Source: Candidatus Latescibacterota bacterium
Lineage (GTDB): Bacteria; Latescibacterota; UBA2968
Assembly (NCBI GenBank): GCA_038279365.1
Contig: JAYODI010000069.1
Location: 1-32,659 of the forward strand
DNA: 32,659 nt
Direction: 5' to 3'
The notes under the pieces were generated by a model. That model searched no databases. It was not told the DNA's origin and worked only from the letters and a program-made list of their open reading frames with translations. Each line of letters begins with the position of its first letter. The stretch's first letter is position 1. Both the position numbers and the translations under genes were made by a program. Below, piece by piece: positions 18,037-26,837 of the stretch.

Positions 18037-18864
18037 ATGGATAAATTTATTGATCTCCATATGCATTCCACCCGTTCTGATGGGTCTTTTTCTCCAAAAG
18101 ACGTGGTGATGCATGCTGCTTCGGTGGGTATTTCGACCATCAGTTTAACCGATCATGATTCGGTGGCTGGGGTTGCCGAAGCAACGGTTGCAGGGTGTGA
18201 GGTGGGTATAGATGTGGTGCCGGGTGTGGAGCTCAGTGCGCAGGTAGGTGAAAAAGACATACATATTTTGGGTTATTTTATTAATCCCGAACAAGATGCT
18301 TTAAAAACGTGTTTGGAAAAATATCAAAATGCACGTGTTGAACGTGCCGAAAAAATTGTGGATAAACTGAACCGCATGGGCATACCCGTGCAAATGGCAC
18401 ACGTTTTGGCTAAGGCTGGCAATGCCGCTGTAGGGCGGCCTCATGTGGCTGATGTGTTGGTTGAAGAAGGGTATGTTTTTTCATCGAATGAAGCCTTTTA
18501 TAAATATTTGGGATATGCCAAGCCTGCTTATCAACCCAAATATGGTATGGATCCTGCAGAGGCCATAGAGGTCATTCATGCATCGGGTGGTTTGGCCAGT
18601 TTGGCGCATCCGGTTTTGTATGCCCGTGACGATTTGATCCCTCAATTTGTAGAGGCGGGTTTAGACGCCATTGAAGTGATGCATATCAAGCACGATGCCA
18701 AATTGATCAAACGCTACAGTGATTTGGCCGAGCAATATGGTTTGTTGAAAACGGGTGGCTCGGATTGCCACGGTGATGGGCGTGGTGATGCGGTTATGGG
18801 GCAAGTAAAGGTGCCTGTTGAATTTTTGGATGCAATGAAAGCTTGGGTTGAGAAGAAGAAATAG
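18037..18864 (+). CDS. PHP-domain phosphoesterase (YciV/TrpH-like)
   Basis: IDLHMHSTRSDG, LTDHD, GVELS, HILGY, GRPH, LAHP, GGSDCHG. ATG 18037 preferred over TTG 18013. Confidence 0.92.
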   Translation: MDKFIDLHMHSTRSDGSFSPKDVVMHAASVGISTISLTDHDSVAGVAEATVAGCEVGIDVVPGVELSAQVGEKDIHILGYFINPEQDALKTCLEKYQNARVERAEKIVDKLNRMGIPVQMAHVLAKAGNAAVGRPHVADVLVEEGYVFSSNEAFYKYLGYAKPAYQPKYGMDPAEAIEVIHASGGLASLAHPVLYARDDLIPQFVEAGLDAIEVMHIKHDAKLIKRYSDLAEQYGLLKTGGSDCHGDGRGDAVMGQVKVPVEFLDAMKAWVEKKK

Positions 18865-18898
18865 ACATCCTCTCTTACTACGGTGATAAAGAGTATAC

Positions 18899-19147
18899 AT
18901 GATGACAGTAAAAGTTTTGTTTTTTGCGTCCGTTCGCGATTTGGTGGGAGATGCCCAGCGTATGGTTTCGTTGGCAAATGGGGCAACCGTGGCCGATTTG
19001 ATTGCCGAATTGGCGTTGGCACACAAACGATTTATTGAAATGGCACCCAGTTTGATGGTGTCTGTGAATCAGGAATATATGTCACGGGATACGGTTTTGA
19101 ATGAGGGCGATGAAGTGGCGTTTATTCCACCAGTGAGTGGGGGGTAA
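18899..19147 (+). CDS. moaD: Molybdopterin synthase sulfur carrier subunit
   Basis: VKVLFFA...SVNQEY...LNEGDEVAFIPPVSGG with C-terminal GG, upstream of moaE. Confidence 0.95.
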   Translation: MMTVKVLFFASVRDLVGDAQRMVSLANGATVADLIAELALAHKRFIEMAPSLMVSVNQEYMSRDTVLNEGDEVAFIPPVSGG

Positions 19148-19152
19148 ATTTG

Positions 19153-19246
19153 GTCACAAGTCACAGGTCTGAAGGTCGCAAGACAAAAGGTGATGTGTCG
19201 TTTTTTGGTTTTAGACTTGGGACTTGTTGACGGGAGACCTGTGACT
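19153..19246. repeat. Inverted heptamer tandem-repeat element (GTCxxAR)n ... (YTxxGAC)n between moaD and moaE
   Basis: GTCACAA GTCACAG GTCTGAAG GTCGCAA GACAAAA on the left and TTTAGAC TTGGGAC TTGTTGAC GGGAGAC CTGTGAC on the right. Includes a perfect AGTCACAGGTCT/AGACCTGTGACT pair. Confidence 0.75.
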
Positions 19247-19281
19247 GGTTTTTATGTGACTGATTTTTATAGGAGTTTTTG

Positions 19282-19725
19282 ATGGATCTTTATCGGGTGC
19301 AAGACGAGGTGATCAAAGCAGATGCATTGCACAATGTGGTCTTGGCGGACTTTGATGGTGCCGTGACCACTTTTGCAGGTACGGTGCGTGACAACACCAA
19401 AGGGCGCGGTACGTCGTATTTGGTTTATGATGCCTACAACGAGATGGCCGAAAAGAAGATGAAGGAAATTGGCGATGAAGTAAAAGAAAAATGGGAAGTG
19501 GACAGTGTGGGTATGTTGCACCGCGTGGGCAAGTTGGAAATTGGTGAGATCAGTGTGTTGATTGCCATTTCATCACCGCATCGCAGAGCCTCTTTGGAAG
19601 CTTGTCATTATGCCATTGATCGCTTAAAAGAAACGGTGCCCATTTGGAAAAAAGAAGTGTGGTCAGATGGCGGTGAGGCGTGGATAGAAGGGGATATTTC
19701 GGCACCTCAAAAAACAGAGGCCTAA
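19282..19725 (+). CDS. moaE: Molybdopterin synthase catalytic subunit
   Basis: GAVTTFAGTVRD, HRVGKLEIGE, SSPHR, LKETVPIWKKE. AGGAG RBS. Confidence 0.96.
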   Translation: MDLYRVQDEVIKADALHNVVLADFDGAVTTFAGTVRDNTKGRGTSYLVYDAYNEMAEKKMKEIGDEVKEKWEVDSVGMLHRVGKLEIGEISVLIAISSPHRRASLEACHYAIDRLKETVPIWKKEVWSDGGEAWIEGDISAPQKTEA

Positions 19726-19726
19726 G

Positions 19727-20224
19727 ATGGTTGGATTCAGTTGGGTGATTGATGGTGAATTGGCAGGCATGGCACAACCTGGGTTAATGTCGAATTTGGA
19801 AATGGATTTGGCTTGGTTGCAACAGGCGGGCATTGGTGCTGTGGTGAGTCTGACCGAACAGACTTTGAGACAGATTGGTGAGGCGGGCTTGGATGTGTTG
19901 CACGTGCCTGTTCAAGATATGGCACCACCGTCTATTTTAGACATTGAAGAGGTGGTTGCATTTACCGAGACGTCGATAGAGCAAGGCAAACCTGTTGCCA
20001 TTCATTGCTTGGCAGGAAGAGGCCGTACGGGTACGATGTTGGCGTGTTTTTTGGTTCACAGAGGTTTAGAGCCCCAAGTTGCCATTGAAACCATTCGCAC
20101 ACAGCGACCTGGTTCTATAGAAACCCAAACACAGGTGATGGCTGTCTTTGATTATGCGGCTTATTTGGTCGATCAAAAAGAAGCCCAAACAAGGTCGAAA
20201 ACCACCCATAAAGAATACAACTAA
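19727..20224 (+). CDS. Dual-specificity / tyrosine protein phosphatase family protein
   Basis: CX5R loop IHCLAGRGRTG, general-acid loop PVQDMAPP, RPGSIET. Starts 1 nt after the moaE stop. Confidence 0.93.
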   Translation: MVGFSWVIDGELAGMAQPGLMSNLEMDLAWLQQAGIGAVVSLTEQTLRQIGEAGLDVLHVPVQDMAPPSILDIEEVVAFTETSIEQGKPVAIHCLAGRGRTGTMLACFLVHRGLEPQVAIETIRTQRPGSIETQTQVMAVFDYAAYLVDQKEAQTRSKTTHKEYN

Positions 20225-20231
20225 AACAGAG

Positions 20232-20267
20232 CACCGCCTTCCTGAAGTTTCGGAAGGTGTGTTTTTT
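20232..20267 (+). terminator. Putative Rho-independent terminator ending the + strand cluster
   Basis: CACCGCCTTCC-loop-GGAAGGTGTG followed by TTTTTT. Confidence 0.65.
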
Positions 20268-20337
20268 ATAAATCTATGTTTTCGAAAACATATTTTAAAC
20301 GTTGAGGTTTTTTATTTAAGCATCAAGTCATCAGCCG

Positions 20338-21453
20338 TTATTTGGCCCATCGTATGCGTCCGCCCGTGTGGGCAAGATATGCCATACATTCTTGATGACA
20401 GATCAGTTGCGCAAGGAGGATTTCTTCGGCTGTGTGCGATACATATGATCCATCGCGACTTTGGGCGGCATATCCTGGGCAAGGTGATTCTACAATGGTG
20501 GTTAGTGCTCCACAATGCAAATTGAGGGCAGAGTCGAGATTGAACACACTCATCTTTTGTTGGTTCGGGTCGGATTCGAGAGCGATATCATGGGTGGCTT
20601 GTAAGTTGGCTTTGGTAAGTTGGGTGTGTGTGTGCCGATAAAGATTTTCCCAAGCAGGCATAAGAACAGGTTCGATAAATGGGCGGTACATTCGGGTGTG
20701 ATAGTTGTTTAGGGGTGCGCCTGTGTGCATACTTAAGATGAGGTCGGGGCGCTCTTGTGCGGTGAGGTCAAAAAGCACACGGGTTTCGGGTTGGGGGGAT
20801 CCGAAGAAGTCATCGTGTTGGATATTGACACCGTTGTCGTTGGGATATCCACCGGGAAATTCGGTTTGTGAAAAGTCGAGTGGGATATATTCTTTGCACG
20901 TGGGCCATCCTATTTGTTCGCCATTTTTCCACGCACCTGTATTAAAATATTGAAAAACCGAATAATCGTTGCCACGATAAGTGAGTTGTTGAATAGGCAC
21001 ACGCGCCCGACCATCGGGATTCAGGACGGGAATGATGATGATGCGGTCGAGATTTTTTAAAGATTGGGTTATCTCTGGCCAAATGTTGCCACTTAGGTCG
21101 TGACCCGTTTCGAGTATTGAAAGCAAGTTGATGGTGCCCACAATGCCTTCAAATTCGCCTCCATGAACACCTGATATACCCAAATAAACTTTTTTGTTGG
21201 CATCGGTACCCAAATACTTATCGATGTTGCGAAATCCGAGAGAACCCGAGAAGGTGGTGGTTCCTTTTTTTTGCCGAGGGGTGCCATAAAAGACGGCACG
21301 AATCGGGCGGTTACCTGCACTGTTACCAATGGTTTGGACGTGTCCTTTTTTGATTTGTGTGTCCAGAAAGGTGTGGACATCGGCAAGGGTATTGATCCAA
21401 AACGAAGGACACGTATTGGGTTGGATGAGGTAGTCTTTGGGAATATGATACAC
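20338..21453 (-). CDS. M14-family zinc carboxypeptidase-like protein
   Basis: HxxE motif GVHGGE, IIPVLNPDG, QPET, LILSMH, distal IVES. GTG start with GGAG RBS. Confidence 0.85.
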   Translation of the reverse strand: MYHIPKDYLIQPNTCPSFWINTLADVHTFLDTQIKKGHVQTIGNSAGNRPIRAVFYGTPRQKKGTTTFSGSLGFRNIDKYLGTDANKKVYLGISGVHGGEFEGIVGTINLLSILETGHDLSGNIWPEITQSLKNLDRIIIIPVLNPDGRARVPIQQLTYRGNDYSVFQYFNTGAWKNGEQIGWPTCKEYIPLDFSQTEFPGGYPNDNGVNIQHDDFFGSPQPETRVLFDLTAQERPDLILSMHTGAPLNNYHTRMYRPFIEPVLMPAWENLYRHTHTQLTKANLQATHDIALESDPNQQKMSVFNLDSALNLHCGALTTIVESPCPGYAAQSRDGSYVSHTAEEILLAQLICHQECMAYLAHTGGRIRWAK

Positions 21454-21650
21454 TTGAAACTCCAGGAAAAGAAAGCGGATTTGGCTGTGTTTTTATGTTT
21501 GTTTTAAACTTGAGATATTATCCAATGATGCATTACTCGATTAAAAAATCAAGCGCTTCTCTCTTTGCTGACAATATGCTTGTTTCAAGCTCAAATCTTC
21601 ACTATTCTTTGTGAGGTATTTTTTTGGAAACAAGAACAGAAAGGGTCGAA

Positions 21651-21998
21651 ATGAGAATATGGATTGGGTTTCTGATGTTGATTTGGGGAAGTATGGGATG
21701 TGGTGCTGATGCACCGGTTCAAAAGATAGAAAAAATACCTGAAAACGCGGTTGTGATTGATGTGCGAACGCCTCAAGAATTTCAAGCTGGGCATATCAAA
21801 AATGCAATCAACATTCCTTATGAGGTTATTGGATTTAAAATTAAGCAGGTGACAGAAGAAAAAGACAAGGATATTCTTTTGTATTGTCGCAGTGGACGGC
21901 GTTCGGGCATTGCGTTGACAACGCTCCATAAAATGGGATATACCCACGCTCAAAATATGGGTGGATACGAAGCATTTAAACAACAATTGGGCGAATAA
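21651..21998 (+). CDS. Single-domain rhodanese (PspE-like), probable lipoprotein
   Basis: IDVRTPQEFQAGHIKNAINIP, active loop YCRSGRRS, lipobox-like N-terminus MRIWIGFLMLIWGSMG|C. ATG 21651. Confidence 0.9.
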   Translation: MRIWIGFLMLIWGSMGCGADAPVQKIEKIPENAVVIDVRTPQEFQAGHIKNAINIPYEVIGFKIKQVTEEKDKDILLYCRSGRRSGIALTTLHKMGYTHAQNMGGYEAFKQQLGE

Positions 21999-22015
21999 CA
22001 GAGAAAGTCAGGTTT

Positions 22016-22468
22016 ATGGTTGTCGAAGGAACACCGGCTATTTTTGTGACTTTTGTCATGGCCATTTTGGGGTATGTGGGGTTGATGTGTGTGGTGTTGC
22101 TCACGGTAAAAGACCGTCCGTGGATGTGGCTTTGGCGCATTGTGGTACCCATTATTTTTATTCATGTGCTCATGGTGTGGATGTTTCGTTATGAATGGCA
22201 ATTTGATTTGGCCGTGCGCAATGGGTATGCAGGTTTTATCATATTTCATTCGGCATTGATTTCGATTCTGGTTTCTGTTTTTTGTCGTTGCGATTGGGCG
22301 CAAAAATTGATTCATCTTTCGTTTCTGATTGTGACTTTGGGTGCTATTGGCGCGTCTTTTCGATATGAAGATGTGGCCATATACCGATTTGTGGTGATTG
22401 GTTGTGGCCTCGTTGGGGGCATTGGGTTGGTTCGGTATTATATTTTGGATAGACCGCACAATTTGTGA
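22016..22468 (+). CDS. Hypothetical integral membrane protein (about 5 hydrophobic segments)
   Basis: Hydrophobic helices containing His residues, starts 17 nt after the rhodanese stop. Confidence 0.75.
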   Translation: MVVEGTPAIFVTFVMAILGYVGLMCVVLLTVKDRPWMWLWRIVVPIIFIHVLMVWMFRYEWQFDLAVRNGYAGFIIFHSALISILVSVFCRCDWAQKLIHLSFLIVTLGAIGASFRYEDVAIYRFVVIGCGLVGGIGLVRYYILDRPHNL

Positions 22469-22576
22469 CCAAAGCTATTAAGGATGGGTTCTTCATGGTC
22501 GGTTTATTGCATATACAAGTGAACAGAATGAATGACGGCGAACGGCTTATCCTCTACTTTTAAAAAGAAAGAAATC

Positions 22577-23131
22577 ATGCACAGGAAACCCTTGCTTTTT
22601 CAGCTTGAAAATTATTTGAATTTATATCCAGATGAATCGGCAATGATTGAACGGTATGTGTCATTTGTCCGGTCACATGAAAATTGTTTTGAACGTGCTT
22701 TGTCTATTGGGCATGTGACAGGGTCTGCTTGGGTGGTGAATCAAGCAGGCACGCATACCTTGTTGACGCACCACAAAAAGCTAAACAAGTGGCTCCAACT
22801 GGGTGGGCATGCAGATGGAGATGCCAATGTGTTGCGTGTGGCAAAGCGCGAGGTGGCCGAAGAGTCGGGCCTTGTGGATGTGGTGCAAGTTGGTGAAGGT
22901 ATTTTTGATGTGGACATTCATGTTATTCCTGCGCGCAAAAATGAAGCCGAACATAACCATTACGATGTACGCTATGCCTTGCAAGTTGTGGGTGATGAAG
23001 AGTATGTGGTAAGTGATGAGTCGCACGATTTGGATTGGATTGCTATTGATTGTTTGGCACAGCGAACAACAGAAGAATCGATGCTTCGTATGGCGCAAAA
23101 ATGGTTGGCGCAAACGTTTAAAAACAAGTAA
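22577..23131 (+). CDS. Nudix hydrolase
   Basis: GHVTGSAWV, HHKKLNKWLQL, Nudix box GGHADGDANVLRVAKREVAEESG, HYDVRY. Alternative start 22532. Confidence 0.92.
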   Translation: MHRKPLLFQLENYLNLYPDESAMIERYVSFVRSHENCFERALSIGHVTGSAWVVNQAGTHTLLTHHKKLNKWLQLGGHADGDANVLRVAKREVAEESGLVDVVQVGEGIFDVDIHVIPARKNEAEHNHYDVRYALQVVGDEEYVVSDESHDLDWIAIDCLAQRTTEESMLRMAQKWLAQTFKNK

Positions 23132-23166
23132 CCAAGACAAATAAATTATTTAAAGTGTTTCAACGT

Positions 23167-23217
23167 AAAAACAAAAAGCCCACTCAATCTTTACGGATGA
23201 GGGGCTTTTTGTTTTTT
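23167..23217. terminator. Bidirectional terminator between convergent Nudix and PhyH-HEAT genes
   Basis: AAAAACAAAAAGCCC...GGGCTTTTTGTTTTT inverted repeat. Confidence 0.85.
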
Positions 23218-23246
23218 AAATGCCGTTTGCGCGTTGTTGTGTGCGG

Positions 23247-25172
23247 TTATTCACTTTGTGTATTTAATTGAGATATCCATTTTGAACTGAGCCCACCACG
23301 CACCAGTGCTTCCCAACTTTGCAGAGGGGTCTCTCCAAGAATGGTTAACAAGTTGGATTGCAAATCTTGAATGATTGGATCTGTCTCTTGGGGGGCGTGC
23401 AAATTGGCAAGGCGATTAAGTGCATCCATTGCAAAACCGACGCAGATGACATTCTTGTCTTTTTGAATGATGTCTGTTAAGGTTTTGATGGTGGGTTCCA
23501 ATGCTGTGTCTAAAACGGCTGACCCGTGAGAGCAAAGGATGACCAAAGACCAAAGTGCATTTTCTCTCACGGCTGAACGGACGGGTTCAAAACGCGCCAG
23601 ATCAAAGTTTACACCGTTGCCTTCACACACATCACATTCATCGGTGGGGCGAGCAAATTTGATGCTGCGTTGTTGTGCCAAGTTCATGCCCAGTCGGTTT
23701 TCTTCGTGACCCAAACAACGCAACAGTGCACTTACACATTCGGGCACGAGTGATTCACCAATCTTTGTGGCAATGGCACGGCGCCCCAAACAACCCAATG
23801 TGCCAGCGGCAACCGAGCGAACATAAACCGATGGGTCGTTGAGCAAACGCACTGTAACGGCTTGCAAAACCGCGTTGGTGAGTGGGCTGGCATCGCCCAA
23901 ACCATAGACGCCTGCCTTGCGCACCCATTTTTGCGGGGCGTGTGTGGCTTCCAAAAAAGTGCTTGTGGCATCTGGCCCAAGGGCAACAAGACCATATGTG
24001 GCGGCTCTTCGCACACTTTCTCGTTCATTGTAAAGAGCTTGTCCCAAAAGTTTTACAGATAGTGCCGTATTGCCAATAGAAGCCAATTTGTATGCTGCAC
24101 CAATGCGTATGGGTTCTGCTTCGTCGTGTTTGGCGTGCAACTGTGAAAACAAGCGGTTTGCTTCTGTGTCTTGTTCTTCGGCTGAGGCATTGGCCATTTC
24201 GGGCCGTGGCGGTGGGGTTTGTCCTGTTTGTATCCAATGGTTGTGATATCGCCAAACCTCAGTGACATTGTCGGTTGCTTGAGACAAGTCGATGTGGGTT
24301 AAGGTGTCCCGTTGTTTCCAATTGCCTTGGATAAGGGTACCTTTTGGGGTTGGGTCGGTGGTGCGGTAGAGCCAAAAGCGCCACATAAAACGTGGGTTGT
24401 CTTCCCAGGTGCGCCAATCATCGCGTCTGTGGTTGCCTCGGTGGAATGTGTTGTGCGAATAAAAAACAATACTGCCTGCACGAAGTGGACCTGCTTCAAA
24501 TTGTTGCACCAATGGCCATTTGAGGTTGGTCACGGCGTCTCTCATGCGTATGTCGTGCGCTGTGCGGCGATGAATGATGTCATCTTGGTCGTATTGGGTG
24601 TTTGGCCCGCTAATGGGTTCGCGTTCCATGCCGCTGAGTTGATAGTTAAAATCAAGATGATCGGCCCCGGCAAAGTTGTCGTGGTTTTCTTCGTGGTCAA
24701 AAGTCCAATATTGCGAATAGGGCACTGTTGCTGTAGGGCCCATGTCTTCCAAAACGGGTTGTGGGTAATACAGCATTTCAATTTGTACGGCCTGATGATG
24801 ACGCTGTTTGCGGCTGTTATAAGGGCCATTGTCGTCTTTGTGCCAATGTTGGTCTCGTGCACCACTGGTAAAAGATGCGTTGTGTGTAAACGGCACAATG
24901 GCCCAATTTTTGCCCACAAGCTGGTTGCACGCATCAACCACACCGGGCGAATTGATAATATCCAAAACACCAGGAATGCTTGCCGCGGTCACGGGGGTTT
25001 TTGCTTTTAAGGCACGTTTTTCTTGTTCGTAAATTTGTTGATGAATTTCAGGGGCTACACCCAAGCTTTCAGGTGCCAACACCACAAGCCCTCTGCTGGC
25101 AAAATCTTGGATGAGGTACTCGGGTGCGGTGTAGGTGATTGTTGTAGAAGATGCCTCTTGGTGCTTACTCAA
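23247..25172 (-). CDS. Phytanoyl-CoA dioxygenase-like Fe(II)/2OG enzyme fused to HEAT/PBS-lyase repeats
   Basis: HxD...H triad (QHWHKDD...NTFHRG), MGPT, AGSIVF, then HEAT repeats (VRRAATYGL, VRKAGVYGLG, VRSVAAGTLG, VRENALWSL). Start moved to TTG 25172, which follows GGAGG. Confidence 0.82.
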   Translation of the reverse strand: MSKHQEASSTTITYTAPEYLIQDFASRGLVVLAPESLGVAPEIHQQIYEQEKRALKAKTPVTAASIPGVLDIINSPGVVDACNQLVGKNWAIVPFTHNASFTSGARDQHWHKDDNGPYNSRKQRHHQAVQIEMLYYPQPVLEDMGPTATVPYSQYWTFDHEENHDNFAGADHLDFNYQLSGMEREPISGPNTQYDQDDIIHRRTAHDIRMRDAVTNLKWPLVQQFEAGPLRAGSIVFYSHNTFHRGNHRRDDWRTWEDNPRFMWRFWLYRTTDPTPKGTLIQGNWKQRDTLTHIDLSQATDNVTEVWRYHNHWIQTGQTPPPRPEMANASAEEQDTEANRLFSQLHAKHDEAEPIRIGAAYKLASIGNTALSVKLLGQALYNERESVRRAATYGLVALGPDATSTFLEATHAPQKWVRKAGVYGLGDASPLTNAVLQAVTVRLLNDPSVYVRSVAAGTLGCLGRRAIATKIGESLVPECVSALLRCLGHEENRLGMNLAQQRSIKFARPTDECDVCEGNGVNFDLARFEPVRSAVRENALWSLVILCSHGSAVLDTALEPTIKTLTDIIQKDKNVICVGFAMDALNRLANLHAPQETDPIIQDLQSNLLTILGETPLQSWEALVRGGLSSKWISQLNTQSE

Positions 25173-25431
25173 TGTATGAATCCTCCAGATATAGAAAACC
25201 AGGTCGTTTGCAATATTAAAATTGCAAATATTTGGATACAGATCATTTGCAGTATAACCTCTTATGGTGATCACCGTCAAATAAATTTAGGCGTTCTACC
25301 TCTTGGTTGATAGGTGTTGCCATTAAAGCTTTGATCAAATATCTTGCAAAATATACTCAAAAACAGATGTAAAAATTGGACAAACCGATATTTGGAAAAA
25401 TAAATTTTATCGTCGTGGAGGAGGTTCAAAA

Positions 25432-26100
25432 ATGCGTTTGAATAAGGTTGGTGACTGTATTTGGGAAGTGAGCGATCCCCTTCAGATTTTGGGCGTTGAG
25501 TTTGGACACCGTATGACGGTGGTGAAACTCTCGTCGGGAGATTTGTGGGTGCATTCACCTGTTGAATTAAATGCAGATGTTCAAAAGGCACTCCAGTCTT
25601 TGGGATCTTTGCGATACTTTGTGGCCCCCAGTGCGTTTCACGATTTGTATTGGCCTCCTTATTTTGAAACGTTTCGCGATGTTGAATTTCATGGGGTTCC
25701 GGGCATGCCTTCGTCACTCACATTTACCCATACATTCTCAGATACCCTTCCCAGTGAATGGGCTGAAGATTTTGATATGATTGCTATTCATGGGGCACCC
25801 ATGCTCAATGAGCATGTTTTTGTACACAAAAAAAGCAAAACATTGATTGTGGCCGATTTGGTTTTCGCTTTTGAAAAGCGACAAAAAATGTGGGAACGCA
25901 TGTTTTTAACCTTAAATGGTGTACACGGTAAAATTGGACCGTCACGGATGTTTCGGGCCTGCATCAAAGACAAACAGGCGTTTCGCGAGTCGTTAGACCG
26001 TGTTTTGGCTTGTGAGTTTGACCGTGTGATTGTTGGGCATGGGCACAATATTGAAACAGGTGGTAAACGCGTTTTGGAAGATGCGTATTCGTTTTTATAA
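25432..26100 (+). CDS. DUF4336-like metallo-beta-lactamase-fold protein
   Basis: RMTVVKL..G.LWVHSP, VAPSAFHDL, EHVFVH..SKTLIVADL, FDRVIVGHG. GGAGG RBS. Confidence 0.82.
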   Translation: MRLNKVGDCIWEVSDPLQILGVEFGHRMTVVKLSSGDLWVHSPVELNADVQKALQSLGSLRYFVAPSAFHDLYWPPYFETFRDVEFHGVPGMPSSLTFTHTFSDTLPSEWAEDFDMIAIHGAPMLNEHVFVHKKSKTLIVADLVFAFEKRQKMWERMFLTLNGVHGKIGPSRMFRACIKDKQAFRESLDRVLACEFDRVIVGHGHNIETGGKRVLEDAYSFL

Positions 26101-26131
26101 AGTCAGGCATCTTGCAAAAATAGTAGGGTGT

Positions 26132-26164
26132 AAAAAAAGCCGAATGCAATCGCATTCGGCTTTT
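26132..26164. terminator. Rho-independent terminator, bidirectional form
   Basis: AAAAGCCGAATGC-AATC-GCATTCGGCTTTT perfect inverted repeat. Confidence 0.88.
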
Positions 26165-26477
26165 ATGATGTCACGCTATGAAGTTTGTGCGTGACTGGAA
26201 GAGATACGCTTCAATTTTGTCTGTTGTGTTTTTTATTCCTTGGTGGAGGCTTTTTCAGTCTTGAGATCAGCCATCTATACGTTCTAATATCCAGCGATTT
26301 ACAGTAGATATTGTCTGGTCCTGAGTCAGGTGCGTGGGTGCGGTGTGCTATGCTGCTGGCGCGCCCTATTCATGGCAGAGCCTTAAAGGAATTGAAATAG
26401 CGTGCACAATGTAGATAATGGTCTTCTGCCTTTTTATCATGCCCAGCCACCACATCTACCACTGAGGTCTCTGTCGT

Positions 26478-26837
26478 TCAAAATTCCAATACCTTCTTTC
26501 GCTTCCCCTTGCTAATGGTCACAACGCCGCTGTTGTAGTCTGCGTTGAGGAAGGGGCTGTCGAAGACCTTCTGTGGTGCGTAATCCACCATCTCTCCGTT
26601 GATCGTGGGCACTTCTTTGTAGCTGGTATCGAGTGTGAGCGCATCACCGTAGATGGTTGTATACTTCAGAATCGGGCCGTCAAAACCAACTTTGCAAGCG
26701 CGCACCTTTTCTTTGAATGCATCTAAGCCCGTCACATCACTTTTTGCAATGACCTCCAGAATGACCGGCGCGTACTCATAGGCGGGGGTCAAGACGTATG
26801 CAGGCGGCGTTCGGTACACATTGCCTTCTTTTTTTTT
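26478..26837 (-). CDS. C-terminal part of the gene starting at 28354, in the -1 frame after an A9 run
   Basis: Frame is open from the A9 run to the stop at 26478 (KKKEGNVYRTPPAY...KRKKVLEF*) and has no convincing RBS of its own. The joined product would be 625 aa. Confidence 0.65.
   Translation of the reverse strand, partial: KKKEGNVYRTPPAYVLTPAYEYAPVILEVIAKSDVTGLDAFKEKVRACKVGFDGPILKYTTIYGDALTLDTSYKEVPTINGEMVDYAPQKVFDSPFLNADYNSGVVTISKGKRKKVLEF

Noticed and set aside
24312-25010. 232-aa + strand ORF
   Set aside because: It lies wholly antisense to the PhyH domain, which has clear catalytic motifs.
26165-26470. Possible missing 5' half of vapC or another attC-like site left of the accessory segment
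   Set aside because: No PIN N-terminal motif and no TAAC...GTTA element were found. Only short open frames (e.g. VDVVAGHDKKAEDHYLHCARYFNSFKALP* on the minus strand) and a 7-bp inverted repeat are present, which cannot be assigned.
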